A DNA stretch of 63,442 nt, counting the filler, from Rhabdomonas costata (taxonomy: Eukaryota), in NCBI GenBank assembly GCA_019059605.1. It is 48 parts of 48 records of this genome, joined end to end, with 100 filler letters (N's around TTAATTAATTAA, not from the genome) between each part and the next. Parts side by side here need not be neighbours in the genome. Positions count along the whole stretch, not along the records: positions 11,920 to 13,143 come from JAHMHO010022945.1; positions 13,244 to 14,467 come from JAHMHO010022946.1; positions 14,568 to 15,791 come from JAHMHO010022947.1; positions 15,892 to 17,115 come from JAHMHO010022948.1; positions 17,216 to 18,439 come from JAHMHO010022949.1; positions 18,540 to 19,763 come from JAHMHO010022950.1; positions 19,864 to 21,087 come from JAHMHO010022951.1; positions 21,188 to 22,411 come from JAHMHO010022952.1; 40 more parts are not named here. One strand, written 5' to 3'. Each line of letters begins with the position of its first letter. The stretch's first letter is position 1. Both the position numbers and the translations under genes were made by a program. This document shows positions 12,870-24,805 of this stretch, piece by piece. Under the pieces are notes generated by a model, which was not told the origin of the DNA, searched no databases, and saw only the letters and a program-made list of their open reading frames with translations.

Positions 12870-14037
12870 GTATCTCTGTCCCTCATCCTCAGCTTGGGTT
12901 AAGCCCATGTGCTTTTCGACTCGCTTTTCAAACTGACGCTTTCCAGTGTGGGAAAAGGAATCCTTCCTCGCATATTTACGTCCAAACTCGAACAGACACA
13001 ACAGAAAAGTCACTCGAACAGGCACTGTCTGAAGTCAAACAAGGAGTGCCACACACAGAAAAATCCAAGGAAGACTCCGGCCCACATAAGCGCGCCGGGA
13101 ACCCACGAGGAAATGGCACAACAACCAGAACAACCAAAAACAANNNNNNNNNNNNNNNNNNNNNNNNNNNNNNNNNNNNNNNNNNNNTTAATTAATTAAN
13201 NNNNNNNNNNNNNNNNNNNNNNNNNNNNNNNNNNNNNNNNNNNGGTGGGGGTGTAGGGTGGCTCACAATCGTTCTGGAGGAGGGGGTCACCCACGAAAGG
13301 AATTCCACTCCTCTCCAACATGCGTCGGCACTTGCGTCAGAAAGGAAAGGTCGGATCCATAGGATGTCCCATAAGCTTTTGACCTTGCGTGTCTCCCAGT
13401 CTCCTCGTTTGGGGTTTTTGAACCCAAAGGACGCTCACCTCACTGCCGCGATCGCCTCGGTGCTGGGCTTTCATGAACCGGTGGAGTAATTGTGACGACT
13501 CGCTCTTTTCCAGAGAATGGCTTGAGAACGTTTCTCGCCTCCTTTCATCGTGTTCATGCACGCGCGAGTTTGAGCGTTGGTTCCTCCATCCCGGAGATGC
13601 ACAGTTTAGATCGGATTGGTCTACCCAGTCCTTCTGGCAAGCCCAGACGCTAGAGTCTTGAGTGCGTTCGAGTGATGAGGAGTCTGGGGGCAGGGGGGGG
13701 CTTACCCATACTCCGTACCCAATCTTACGTTGCGCATGTCTACGAAAGCGTTCGAACAGCTTACCTACTAGTCGACGGTTTGAAGTTTTAGAACGAAGAA
13801 AACCACAGAAAAGTATTAGCCTTTGGGGTCCTTGGACATCGCAAAATCTCCTGAAGGAATATATCTTTTCGACTATTACACAATGCAAACGACGACTTCA
13901 AGCCAGAGGTCAAAGCGCGTACACGAAAACATGCGAGATTCCAATAACAACAAAGGAGGAGAAGAGGAAAACCAAAAACAGAAGAAAAAAACAGGCACGG
14001 CAATGGGCAGAGGGGAGTCTCACTCTGAAGCTCAATC

Positions 14038-14245
14038 TCATCTCACCTCTTTATCTTGTGCCGCAGGGCTTGGGCCAGGCGAAGGACCCGCGATGCGCTC
14101 GGGCAACGGCTCGGGAGGGGATGGAGGCCGCGGCGATGAGGGCCCCCTGAGCTCCGCCGGGCCATGGGCGAAGATGCACTTGCCGCCAAACGGGCAGCTT
14201 CCGTGTAGCCCTGTCCAGTTCTTGCACAGCACCGTCTTGTACGCA
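14038..14245 (-). CDS. CCCH zinc-finger (TTP/ZFP36-type) RNA-binding protein exon
   Basis: YKTVLCKNWTGLHGSCPFGGKCIFAHGPAELR after an AG acceptor. Confidence 0.85.
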
Positions 14246-14881
14246 CTGCGCAGGGCGCAAAGCGGGAAGATCCGAAGAGAATACTCCACCGAACGCCCGC
14301 ATTCCCTGCGACCAACAACCACCCTCCCCAAGCTTCCGCAACATCTGATGCGCTCAAATGCTCATTGGCCCTCCCAGCACCAACGCATCAAAAAACATGC
14401 GCTCTCCCACTCCGCCCTCCGCCTTTCAGCTCCCCATCGAAACAACACCCCCCAAACACACCAACAANNNNNNNNNNNNNNNNNNNNNNNNNNNNNNNNN
14501 NNNNNNNNNNNTTAATTAATTAANNNNNNNNNNNNNNNNNNNNNNNNNNNNNNNNNNNNNNNNNNNNTGTGTTAGGTGAGTTTAGTGGTTGTGGGACCCT
14601 GAAATGATCGCCTTTAGGAATGCGGTTCCCACATCCGTGATCAATTTGCCTTCGAAGTGCTTCAATCACACTAATCACATCATGAACCTATCATCGCTAA
14701 AACGTTTGAAGCACTTCGAAGGCAAATTGATCACGGATGTGGGAACCGCATTCCTAAAGGCGATCATTTCAGGGTTCCACAACATCACACCACCTTCAAT
14801 CTGCATAACCTTTCCAAAGCTCGGCATAGTGTTGCAAAAAGGAAGTGATCCCCACACGGGACAAGCCTCGAGGCGGTACAC

Positions 14882-15450
14882 CTTGTCCAGGGTTCCTTTG
14901 CTCTGGACAATCGCTTCACACATGGACTGGAGGTACCTGCATCGGGAAAGAAAAAATGGAAAGCGAGTTGAAACAACCCCCGCAGATGAGCATCTGGATG
15001 AGAATTTAAAGTCCAAATATGAAACGAAATTTGTAGTTTTTAATGTTGTCATTGCAATTAGGGTTTTATTCCGCTTCCTTGACTATAACGCCTCCCCTCG
15101 AATACCGGAGACAAGTACCGGAGACAGACCCCTCTGCGATGAAATTGTCCTGTGGGATTCTAACACGATTTTGCAGCGGTTTGAGAGATTCCACTGGAAT
15201 TCTTAGCAGGGCAATGCAACTGAGGGTTCGAATTTGGCCTGGGTTTACTTTTTCCAGGATGCCTACGCCCCATCATAGGTGCTACGTGGGGGTGGGGGCA
15301 CAAACAACCGCTATGCCTTCTCTTGTTAGGTGCGTCCTTTTCGAGCAGGTCTTAAGCCGTTTTGCTTCCATTATATGCCCCAGTACTGATTAACTATTCT
15401 GCGCTCCATACTCAATAATCATTGCTGTGATTTTCTTTGCTGTGCTAGCT

Positions 15451-15501
<51 letters not shown>

Positions 15502-15770
15502 TTGCGGTAGGGTCGTAAGGAGCGTCTACAAAGCAGAAGATAAGACGCGAGAGACAATGCAAAGACAAGATAACTAGCAATGCATACTGCGTCATCAGCT
15601 GAACAAGCTGCTCAGAAAGAATCTCCTCGCACAGCGTCGAGAAAGCCGCAATGTCCGCAAACATGATACTGACCACCTTCCGAACCATGAAGCTGTCCAC
15701 CTCCATCAGTCCCGTCAGCATCATCTTCACGACGTCTCGGGGCACGTACCTCACAAAGGCCTTCAGACCT
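14882..15770 (-). CDS. Class III adenylyl/guanylyl cyclase, exons 15770-15588 and 14936-14882
   Basis: FVRYVPRDVV..VSIMFADIAAFSTLCE..LVQLMTQ|YLQSMCEAIVQSKGTLDK, with an in-frame GT-AG intron. Confidence 0.9.
15451..15500. repeat. (GCGTCT)n intronic microsatellite
   Basis: About 8 tandem hexamers inside the cyclase intron. Confidence 0.9.
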
Positions 15771-15934
15771 CTGAGAAAAAGCCACACCACCNNNNNNNNN
15801 NNNNNNNNNNNNNNNNNNNNNNNNNNNNNNNNNNNTTAATTAATTAANNNNNNNNNNNNNNNNNNNNNNNNNNNNNNNNNNNNNNNNNNNNGGTGGGGTT
15901 CTGGTTTCTGGAACAAAGCTCCGGCGCTTTGATC

Positions 15935-16874
15935 CTGGAGTCAAAGCCGGAGCTTTGTTCCAGAAACCAGAACCCCACCATATCGATGTGGGGGCCCCAG
16001 TCTTTGGGCTTGGGCATCGGGCAAGGAGCCATGCAGTAGATCTGGGGCACACGCGTTTCCACAATCAGACCTGTAGCGGAAAAATAAGGAAGAGCTGCGA
16101 CTGCCGGTTACCGGCTCACTGCTTACTGCTCGCTGCTGAAATACCGGATCAACGAAGTTCACATCAAGGCTGTGTATAAAAATTGGTGTACGTCCCCTTT
16201 AACGTTGGGGGGCCAGAAACAACAGTTTTTCGATTCCCCACACGCAAACGGCATCTCCGCCGTATTCGTAGCCGATGGCTCGTTTCAGGGCAATAGCAGG
16301 GAACAGAAATTTCGGGTTGTGGGTTACGTGGTCATCATCTGCAGCCGTCTACCAGATGTAATCCCAATTGCAAATATATCGCATCATCCAGCATCACCAC
16401 AGCAGCAATTTTCTTTTTCTTTTGTAACGAGCGTCGGGTACCTGTCTTCTTTGCGCCTGCACGGACTTTTCTATCCACTGCGCAAGAACCTTTCATCCTA
16501 ACAGGGGCAGGAGGGGGGTGCCAGTCAAGCGTCGCTGTGCTCAAAAAGGCCTTCATTCAGGCATGTGTTGTGCGTTCATCGCGAACCATAACAAAAGTGG
16601 TCCCCCCCCATTTGAAGCGGACGTCTCCAGCGAAATGACCCCCTCCCCATCCAAATCGCGAGCCCACCAGCTGACACATACTTGCGCCATCGGCACATAG
16701 GGGAAGCCCCAGAATCTCTGTGCGGAGACGGTTAATGTCAGAACGGGAGGCCTCCCATCGGAGATCGGAGACCACCGCGAAGGTGTCCTTGTTGCCATAC
16801 AGCCTGGCGGCCCACGGGCTGGCCAACGGGTGCGGGAATTCCGTAGTGGGGGCCCATGGTAGGGTGGAAACGAT
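15935..16874 (-). CDS. Sterol 3-beta-glucosyltransferase (UGT80/ATG26-like), exons 16874-16682 and 16070-~15935
   Basis: STLPWAPTTEFPHPL..SDINRLRTEILGLP..|..PMPKPKDWGPHIDMVGFWFLE, spliced in frame. Confidence 0.88.
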
Positions 16875-17558
16875 CTACCCCCCCCCCCCCCGCAAAAGGG
16901 TACAAAGAATGGAAAGGTCTCGGATAGGCGCAAGTCGCAAAGTTGAAGAATGGACAGTCGATCCTGGAGTAAAACGTTCTGAGCCAGCTGGGTTCACTTT
17001 GCTTTGAGCTGAGCCACTTTATGCCTGACATATCCTTATTTTGAAGTAAACGTCAGTAACGCCAGACACAGGATTGTACAACTGTAGCAGCAGCAGTGGC
17101 GCGAAAGCACACCACNNNNNNNNNNNNNNNNNNNNNNNNNNNNNNNNNNNNNNNNNNNNTTAATTAATTAANNNNNNNNNNNNNNNNNNNNNNNNNNNNN
17201 NNNNNNNNNNNNNNNGTTGGTGTGTCTAGGGGGGGGGGGCGCATTCGGGTTGTGTCCACGGGACGAACTTGGAAAGAGACCGCGTGCTCACACTATGTGA
17301 CAGTAGGGGAGATTTACCTTTTGGGCTCTTGTGAGCGCATTCATTTGATAAATGGCATCGCCTGTGCACGTGTGCGTGGGATGTTGCTAGTCAGCGTGTT
17401 ATATTCCTTGGGTTTTTTTTTGGGCGTGACCTCAGATCTTTGTGGTCGTTTGTTGCTCGGGATCTTGGGATGAGCGCGGGCACGTCTCGCGGGTGCAGAA
17501 ATTGCCTTTCATCCTCCCCCACCCCCTCCCCGGTTGCGCTCCACCTTTCGCCTCTCAG

Positions 17559-17673
17559 GATTGTCGGAGGCCAAGCCTTTGGCTTGTCCCAGTTCCTGAT
17601 CTTTGGGGCCTTTTCGCTCTCGCTGTGGTACGGGGGTCAGCTCATTTCCCGTGGCGAAGCGAACTTTGCTCAG
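17559..17673 (+). CDS. ABCB/MDR (P-glycoprotein-like) transporter TMD exon
   Basis: AG..GT-bounded exon encoding IVGGQAFGLSQFLIFGAFSLSLWYGGQLISRGEANFAQ. Confidence 0.82.
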
Positions 17674-18539
17674 GTCCACGTGCATATGCTGGGTGATGGG
17701 CGCTATGTGATGGGGGATCTGAGAGAGCAGCGGTGGTGAGGAATGACGGTCGGGTTATCCAGTGCGGGTGTCTGGTGATTGCCGTGCGCATGAGATGGGT
17801 GAGGATGAGGCTGGGGGCGGCTCCCAGGCTGTGCGGGCAAGCCCTCATCGCTCGTTTGCCAGCGGTTAAAAATAGTGAGGTTTGTCATGGCCCGGCCTCC
17901 AGTGCGGAGTTTACGATGCTAGTCTTGGGTCATCCCCTCACCCGCACTCATATGCATGCAGTTCCCCGATCACTCTCAAAGATTCTGTCCGTCTTGTTTG
18001 TCATGCTTTGCGCCTCTCGGGCACGATGCGAAGTCGACTGCAATTGACTCTAAAAGAGTGCATCCGCGGGCGTATGAGTTGAGACGGTTTTTTCCGCTCC
18101 GCGACCGGGCTGGTATTTGGGCCCAGAGTCCGACTTGCACGAGCCCGCTGGGACGGCACTCGCTACGTCGGTACCCTGATGTGACCCCAACCCCGGAGCA
18201 CACAGCTCCTCTCAGCTCAGTCGGAGGCTGAGGCGCCCACTATCCCTACAACCAGAGCTGCTCCCAGGACAGCGCCCAATCTGTTGGTATTCATTGCACT
18301 GTGGCGGCCCGGATGCAGAAGAAGGCGTGCACTGCGAAGGCGAACCTTCGCAGACTACCAAACAACTCCCTCGGAGGCTCGGAGACGTGTACTCTCCACT
18401 CTTGCAGAGACTACCCCCACGAAACGCTGACACCAACACNNNNNNNNNNNNNNNNNNNNNNNNNNNNNNNNNNNNNNNNNNNNTTAATTAATTAANNNNN
18501 NNNNNNNNNNNNNNNNNNNNNNNNNNNNNNNNNNNNNNN

Positions 18540-19104
18540 ACGCTGGTTGTGGTATCCCCGGCTGATGCGTGCTCGCGGCTGGTGGGGGGACCTTACTCCG
18601 GCAAAGTTGTTTTGATCCGCCGCGGAATGTGTCAATTCACTGAGAAGGCCTTGCGTGCCCAGCGATTTGGCGCCATGGCGGTGTCCCTTCTCCCCTGGCG
18701 TCCTCTCACCTCTGCTGTTTTTCTACTGAGGGTAAGGGAAATCCTCTGTCAGCCGTGCGGCGTCAAATGCCTCCCTGTGAGGATTTGTTGGGTCAGGCCG
18801 ACCGGCAAAATGTTCGGCGCTGTCAGATATATGTAGAGGTAGAGGTAGAGATTGAGGTAGAGTTATCAGTGCATAGCAGTATATCAGTGTATATCATTAT
18901 ATATCTACACAGGTTTCCTTCGTGGTTTGCGTTTCAACATTTTGGTAGTAGGAAGATGCTCTGGCGTGGCCCTTCACCCAGGCACTGATCTACAACAACC
19001 AGGAAGGGGACCCGTTTGTTATGGGAAACGGAATGGACGGCTCGACGCCGCCGACCACGCCCGCCTTCATGATCAGCTTGCAGGCTGGGTTGCACCTCGT
19101 TGAG
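18540..19104 (+). CDS. Protease-associated (PA) domain protein, exons 18540-18680 and 18982-19104
   Basis: PADACS..GKVVLIRRGMCQFTEKALRAQRFGAMA|ALIYNNQEGDPFVM..PAFMISLQAG, with an in-frame GT-AG intron. Confidence 0.88.
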
Positions 19105-19189
19105 GTGTGATGCGTCTTCTTCCTCCCTCTCCCACTCGTGTTGTGGTGTTCGCCCATCGGATTGCAATTGGTTCCTCGCCCCCCAAAGA

Positions 19190-19716
19190 AAAGAGGAAAC
19201 CGCAAGATGGTCAGAAGTTGCTCCAGATGCCAAAATTCGTATGGGACCACCTTTTGGAGCACCACAAACGTGCAGTAGCGGACCGTCACGACAGCTTCTA
19301 CACGACGGTGCTGAAGAAACGCAACGATTACTGGCAGAAGCTTCCGCACGGCAGGCAGCTCGCCTTTCTCCAGCCTGAAGCCGTGACCGAGGTTCAGGGC
19401 GTGATTTACGCCATCCTGCACCTCCCTTCAAGGAAGATCTGCGTGGGACAAACGGTCACGGCCTGGAAGCCTTTCCGGCAACATGTATGGACGCAGGACG
19501 AACGAAGCCAGAGCACCTAATTGCTCAAGTCCTACACAAAGCTGGCCGGCAGCTGTAGGACCACTTCTTGATCCTTGCGGTGGAGATCATTTTCATGAAG
19601 ACGCAACATAAAAATAGGGTTGCATACTCCCGAATTCGTGCGAGAATCCCAATCCCAGAAAGAACTTCTGTATGAACAAGCTGCAGACCCTGGCTCCCCA
19701 TGTTCTAAATGTTATG
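19190..19716 (+). mobile_element. Degenerate Penelope-like-element GIY-YIG endonuclease relic, in the intron downstream of the PA exon
   Basis: GVIYAILHLPSRKICVGQT (from 19398) and, after frameshifts and stops, MNKLQTLAPHVLNV (19672-19713). These resemble the PLE GIY-YIG motifs GVIY..YVGQT and L.T..P.GLN. Confidence 0.65.
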
Positions 19717-20127
19717 GGGCAGCGCACTGGCACCCGCTCCCATGAGAGAAGAGCCCACACAACNNNNNNNNNNNNNNNNNNNNNNNNNNNNNNNNNNNNN
19801 NNNNNNNTTAATTAATTAANNNNNNNNNNNNNNNNNNNNNNNNNNNNNNNNNNNNNNNNNNNNTTGTTTTTGTTGGTCGTGGTAGTCGGCAGTACCCTAC
19901 TGTGCGGGTCGGCTCCCGTTTCCGACTCCTCTGTGTGTTTCCCTGCTATCTTTGGGCTGCGTTTATTTTATGTAATGGGATCCAGGGCTGTGTCTGGTCA
20001 TCTGTCGAAGTCGCTTGCACTGGGACTCTTTTGGCTGTGGCAGTCGGCAGGTATATTTTGTCCTCTCCCCATCCCTTTCCTTCCTTTTTCTCTCCCCCCC
20101 CCCCGCTTCGAACCCTTCTCTTTTTAG

Positions 20128-21039
20128 ACTTGTAAGTGACGACTCCGAGCGACGTGCACAGCTGTTCATCAAGAAGTGGAAGACTTTTGAGCAGAAGCAT
20201 CAGGAGCTCACCCAGCCCACCAACGTATGCGGGGTGAGAGCCGGGAATAGCGCTCCTCTGGCAGCGGCACATTTTGTTACCACAGGGATTCGTAAGAAAT
20301 CTCAGAGAGATAACGAGGCTGTCATGCCAGCGTCTGAAGAATCACACCCCTTCGTGTTCTGCCGTGATTGGGACAACTGTGCTCATGAATATTGCGGTAT
20401 TACCACTTGCATCAAGCCAAGAGCACCAGGAGATCAGATATGGAGAAAGAAGGACTTTGAATGTATCCAGGGGACAGTTTTTCTTGGATGCTCTCATCGT
20501 TTTGCAGGGTTCTTTCCCAACCTCCTCTCACACACAGACACCTACTAGTTTTTGTGGGTGGTGCAGGGTGCTGGGTCAACGGACGCCGCCACGAGGGACG
20601 TTCCGCACTACTCCGCGTCGTGGATGGTGCAGTTTGGGCAGCTCTTCATCCGCGCCGCGCGGTGCATGTTGCGCGAGCCCATGCTCACGGAGATCCGTGT
20701 CGCACAGACCGTCGTCCTGGCCCTTTTTGTGGGGCTGGTTTTCCTCCAGGTCCGCCCCCCCCCCTGCCCCCTTCCTGCGCTCTTGGTGCCTTCACCGGCA
20801 ATGATGTCCATGAGGTAGAATGGTTTCTATTTGTCGTCGATACGTAACACTAAGCGCAGTGGTCATTTCCAGGCTTGTACATCTTCTAGCGATCGATCCC
20901 CCACCCCTCTCGCCGCCTTCAGACGAACATGGATTCTCCCGGTGGGGTGGCGATGATTGAGGGCGCGATCTTCTTCACTCTGGTGAACATGTGCATGATG
21001 CCCCTGATGGGCATCGTGCTGAGCTTTCCCCTGGAGAAG
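20128..21039 (+). CDS. ABCG (White-like) transporter, exons 20128-20224, 20567-20749, 20923-~21039
   Basis: YSASWMVQFGQLFIRAARCMLREPMLTEIRVAQTVVLALFVGLVFLQ|..GAIFFTLVN..VLSFPLEK, typical of the ABC2 membrane domain. Confidence 0.88.
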
Positions 21040-24000
21040 GCCCGTGCCGGCCCAAAACCCTCTCCGCATTTCCCCACCCCTCCTCCTNNNNNNNNNNNNN
21101 NNNNNNNNNNNNNNNNNNNNNNNNNNNNNNNTTAATTAATTAANNNNNNNNNNNNNNNNNNNNNNNNNNNNNNNNNNNNNNNNNNNNGGGTTGTGGGCAC
21201 CGGTGACCGCCGAGGAGGTGACCGACTTCCACCGCGTCGCTGGGGGAGGGGTCCACCCCCAACTTGATGGAGGCTACGTCGGTGTGCCGTGCCCCTCTCA
21301 TTGCGCATATTTACTGTTGGCATTGGAGTTCGCTGTGTTTTAGATATATTTGGTTTTGAACCAGTCCCTGCGCTCGTAGTTCTCAGCAAGGGGAGCAGGA
21401 GTCTACCCGTGATACCTTTCGTTCCCCCCACTGACCTCTCTTTCCCGCAATGTCATATGCGTCAGCCTGTATTGCTACAGCTACCAAGGGCGTGCGGTGC
21501 TCGATCGCCTGGGAGCGGGATTTTTTCCCCGATGGGACCTCTCCTCCTTTTCCATCCCTTAGGGTTCCAGGTTTCACGTTTTGTCGAAATCCTCAGGATC
21601 CCATCTGATTCACATATTGGGGATCCTGGGGACCCATCCTGGTTGCGTGTTTCACACTGATGTGCGGGTTGAGCGGCTGAGCTCCTTTTAGATTACCATA
21701 CCTTATCTTTGAACTCGCCTTCAGAGAGGATCTGCTCTGCGCGCGCTCTCCCCTCGCTTATCAGGGGCCTTTGGGGAGCCCATGACCAACCACATCCTAA
21801 CCGTCACTCCAGGCTACCCCTCACCCACGCTCCGGGTTGAGGTTCGCCGGGCCTTCGTGCAGGAGGTCGCGGCGTTTTACGACCGCCCCAAGCTGTGGGC
21901 AATCCGCCACGGCCGCTCCGCTGTTCGCCTGCGCTGCCTCAGCAACCTCCGCCTGCTGCACTCAACGCAGGCACACAACCTCCCCCCCCCCTCCGAATTT
22001 GCACAAGCACACATCCATGCGCGTCCGAACGGTTGAACCACCTGCTTTTGCGTTGGGGCTGGGTGGTCCCCTGAGGAGTCCATCCGGGAGAAACTCGGGC
22101 AAAGTGAAACTCCCTTCTCCCTTCCCCGAGTCTTCGAACCCCCTACTTTCCTCTCCTGGTCAACGGAGGCAACGCAAAGCTGGGCTGCCTCGCACGTAAG
22201 GTCTGGGGTTTGATGCACGCTCAATGGTACGTACAGTGGAACGTGGTTTCCTCATCGTTTCCCATGAAGTTGAACGTAAAGCTCGCACCCCGAGCTTTCC
22301 AACGGCGGTGGCGGAGGGGGGTCAGTGGGTCGGTGCGCTATGCAAATTTGCTCTACCCTAACGTGTGGCGTTGTGTGGCTGAAATTTGCATAGCGCACCG
22401 ACCCACAAAACNNNNNNNNNNNNNNNNNNNNNNNNNNNNNNNNNNNNNNNNNNNNTTAATTAATTAANNNNNNNNNNNNNNNNNNNNNNNNNNNNNNNNN
22501 NNNNNNNNNNNTGTGGGTGTGTTTGGGTTTTTGTGGGAATTGGCCAAGAGCGGCGACGCAGATGCTGACGTTCCTTGCGGGTGCAGCAGAAAGTAGGACC
22601 CCGGATATACGTGCGTTGATGGGTTTGGTCGAAGCAGGTTGCAAGGACATGGCTGCGAAGAGGGCGTCAGAGGTGTGGAGCGAGCTGGCTGTGGAGACGA
22701 ATGATATAAACCCGTGGACGGCCATAGCTCCAGGTTTCCAGGAGCACACGGTAGCTGCGTACGTGTTGCAGGTGGTGGTGGAGCTGAATAACTCAGGTTC
22801 GCCCTTGCTAAATGAGAGCTAAATGAGGTGTTGCGTTCGAAGTTCCAGGGTCAAACACACCAGCAGTACCTTCCGGAGACCAGGTATGAGTAAAGACACC
22901 GCCCCCACAGCCTATGCCGAAAGCCCCAGTTTTAGAGTTGTCCAAAATTCTAACAGACTTCAAACAAGCACGAGAAGAGCCAACCTCGAGGAAGGATGTG
23001 GGCGCAGTCCACAGTGAAGGTAAGCAAAAGAGCCCCAGCATCCAGCTTTTTGCCATTCACCTGACCGACCTTTGCGCTGTCCGGCCAGCTCCTCTCCTGT
23101 GGATCACCACGTTGGTCCTCTGCGTGCATGTCCTCTGTGGCTAGGAAGCAGCGAACTTCTTTAACCGTTATACCACTGTTCGCTGATTCGCGGATGGGCA
23201 GGGTGGATGGAGCCATGAAGACAGAGCAAAAAGGAGTACCTGAAAACCTGCGGAAGGCCCTCATCTCGCGCACCTTGCTCACCAAGTCACACAACATTCG
23301 CTCGTAGTGGAAGTCCGTATCCAGCAGCACGAGGCTGTGGTTCCATCCACCCACGAAAAACAAAAACGAACACCATCATGAAGAGAGAAGCCCTCAAACG
23401 GAACCGTTCTCTTCCCTTTTGTCAATGCAAAAGGAGAAACAATGCAGAAAAAAGAGTTCCAGTTGCATTCATAGCTGACACTAAAACGCAGAGAGAAAGA
23501 AGCCGCACGAAAACAGGTCCAGCTCACCAGTCCTCCAGATCGATTTCCCAGTCCGAGACGACCATGTCGGAGAGCTCCTTCAGAGCCTCCGGCCGGCACC
23601 CCAGCTCCTGGCCCTCCCTCCACAGCCGGAAGGCCCGCTGGGCGTCGATCCGGAACCGGGCGTCGGGCACTGGGGCGCTGCCCTCGTGGCCCTCCGAAGA
23701 GGGTACCGGGGCCAGCGCCATTGCCCCACACCCCCNNNNNNNNNNNNNNNNNNNNNNNNNNNNNNNNNNNNNNNNNNNNTTAATTAATTAANNNNNNNNN
23801 NNNNNNNNNNNNNNNNNNNNNNNNNNNNNNNNNNNGGGGTGGTGGTGGTGCCCGGGGCGGTGGCGGAGCCCTCGTCGCAGCGGACGTGGGTGCAGCTCGC
23901 GTTTGGGCTACCCCGGACGTGCGCCGCGCTGGCCGCGGCCGGCGAGGACCCTGCTCTACCCGTGAGTTTCCCCTTCCCCCTGCCAGTTTCGTGCACGCGG

Positions 24001-24629
24001 GAGCGCAAAATTTCTACCACCGTGGATTGCTTCCCTGCACGGCCACTTACGTAGACTTATCCAAACTTGCTCTGTGGGTGATTTCTGCCCTCGCTCACCT
24101 GCCCACCGTTTTTGTTGGGTAACAGTTCAAAGCGGTGTGTGGGACAGGCCGCTTTAATCTTGGTGTCCCGAAGTGTTTCATTAGAATATTCTTGGTTTCC
24201 CTCCTTCCCTATTTCCGTTGTGCGAGCTTTCCTCCCGGGTTTTTTCGTTTTTCCGACGGTTGTTACCCCTTGATCTTCTGCCTACGCACTGTGCGAAACT
24301 CTCACCCTTTTCCTTTCCCAATCTCAATACGAGTCAACTCCCCAACCACACCCACGCTTCGCGGCATGAAAGTTACACCTTTGCATACACTCTTTCGCTG
24401 AGCAATCGTACAAATTCCCTTTGCGTGTCTGCAACTTGCGCCGTGGATGAAATCTGCGCTCCCCTCACTATAGCCAAAAAAGGTTATGCCTGAGGGTGAT
24501 GATATCTAAGGGTAGTGGCCTATTGCAAACTGCATGCCTTCAAAGGCCAAAATCATTTTGAACACACACTCGAGCTGGGTGAAGCCGCCCTGAAAGGATG
24601 TTCTTTCTAATTAATGAATCTGGTCCGGA

Positions 24630-24805
24630 TCTCGAAGAGGTGGTGTGCGCGTGCGTGCGCGCTGGCCCCGGGGCTGGCACTGCCCTGGCCGTGCTGCTTG
24701 TGGACTGGAGCCCCTCTGCGCGGTACCCCAGCTGGCTGCGCGCCCAAGTGCTGGCGATCAACCACTGCATCAGGCTTGCAAGGTGCGCCATCTGGGAGAT
24801 CCCCT
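24630..24805 (+). CDS. Possible VWA-domain exon
   Basis: LAVLLVDWSPS resembles a hydrophobic strand plus DxSxS MIDAS. GC-rich and ends at a GTGAG donor. The acceptor position is uncertain. Confidence 0.35.
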
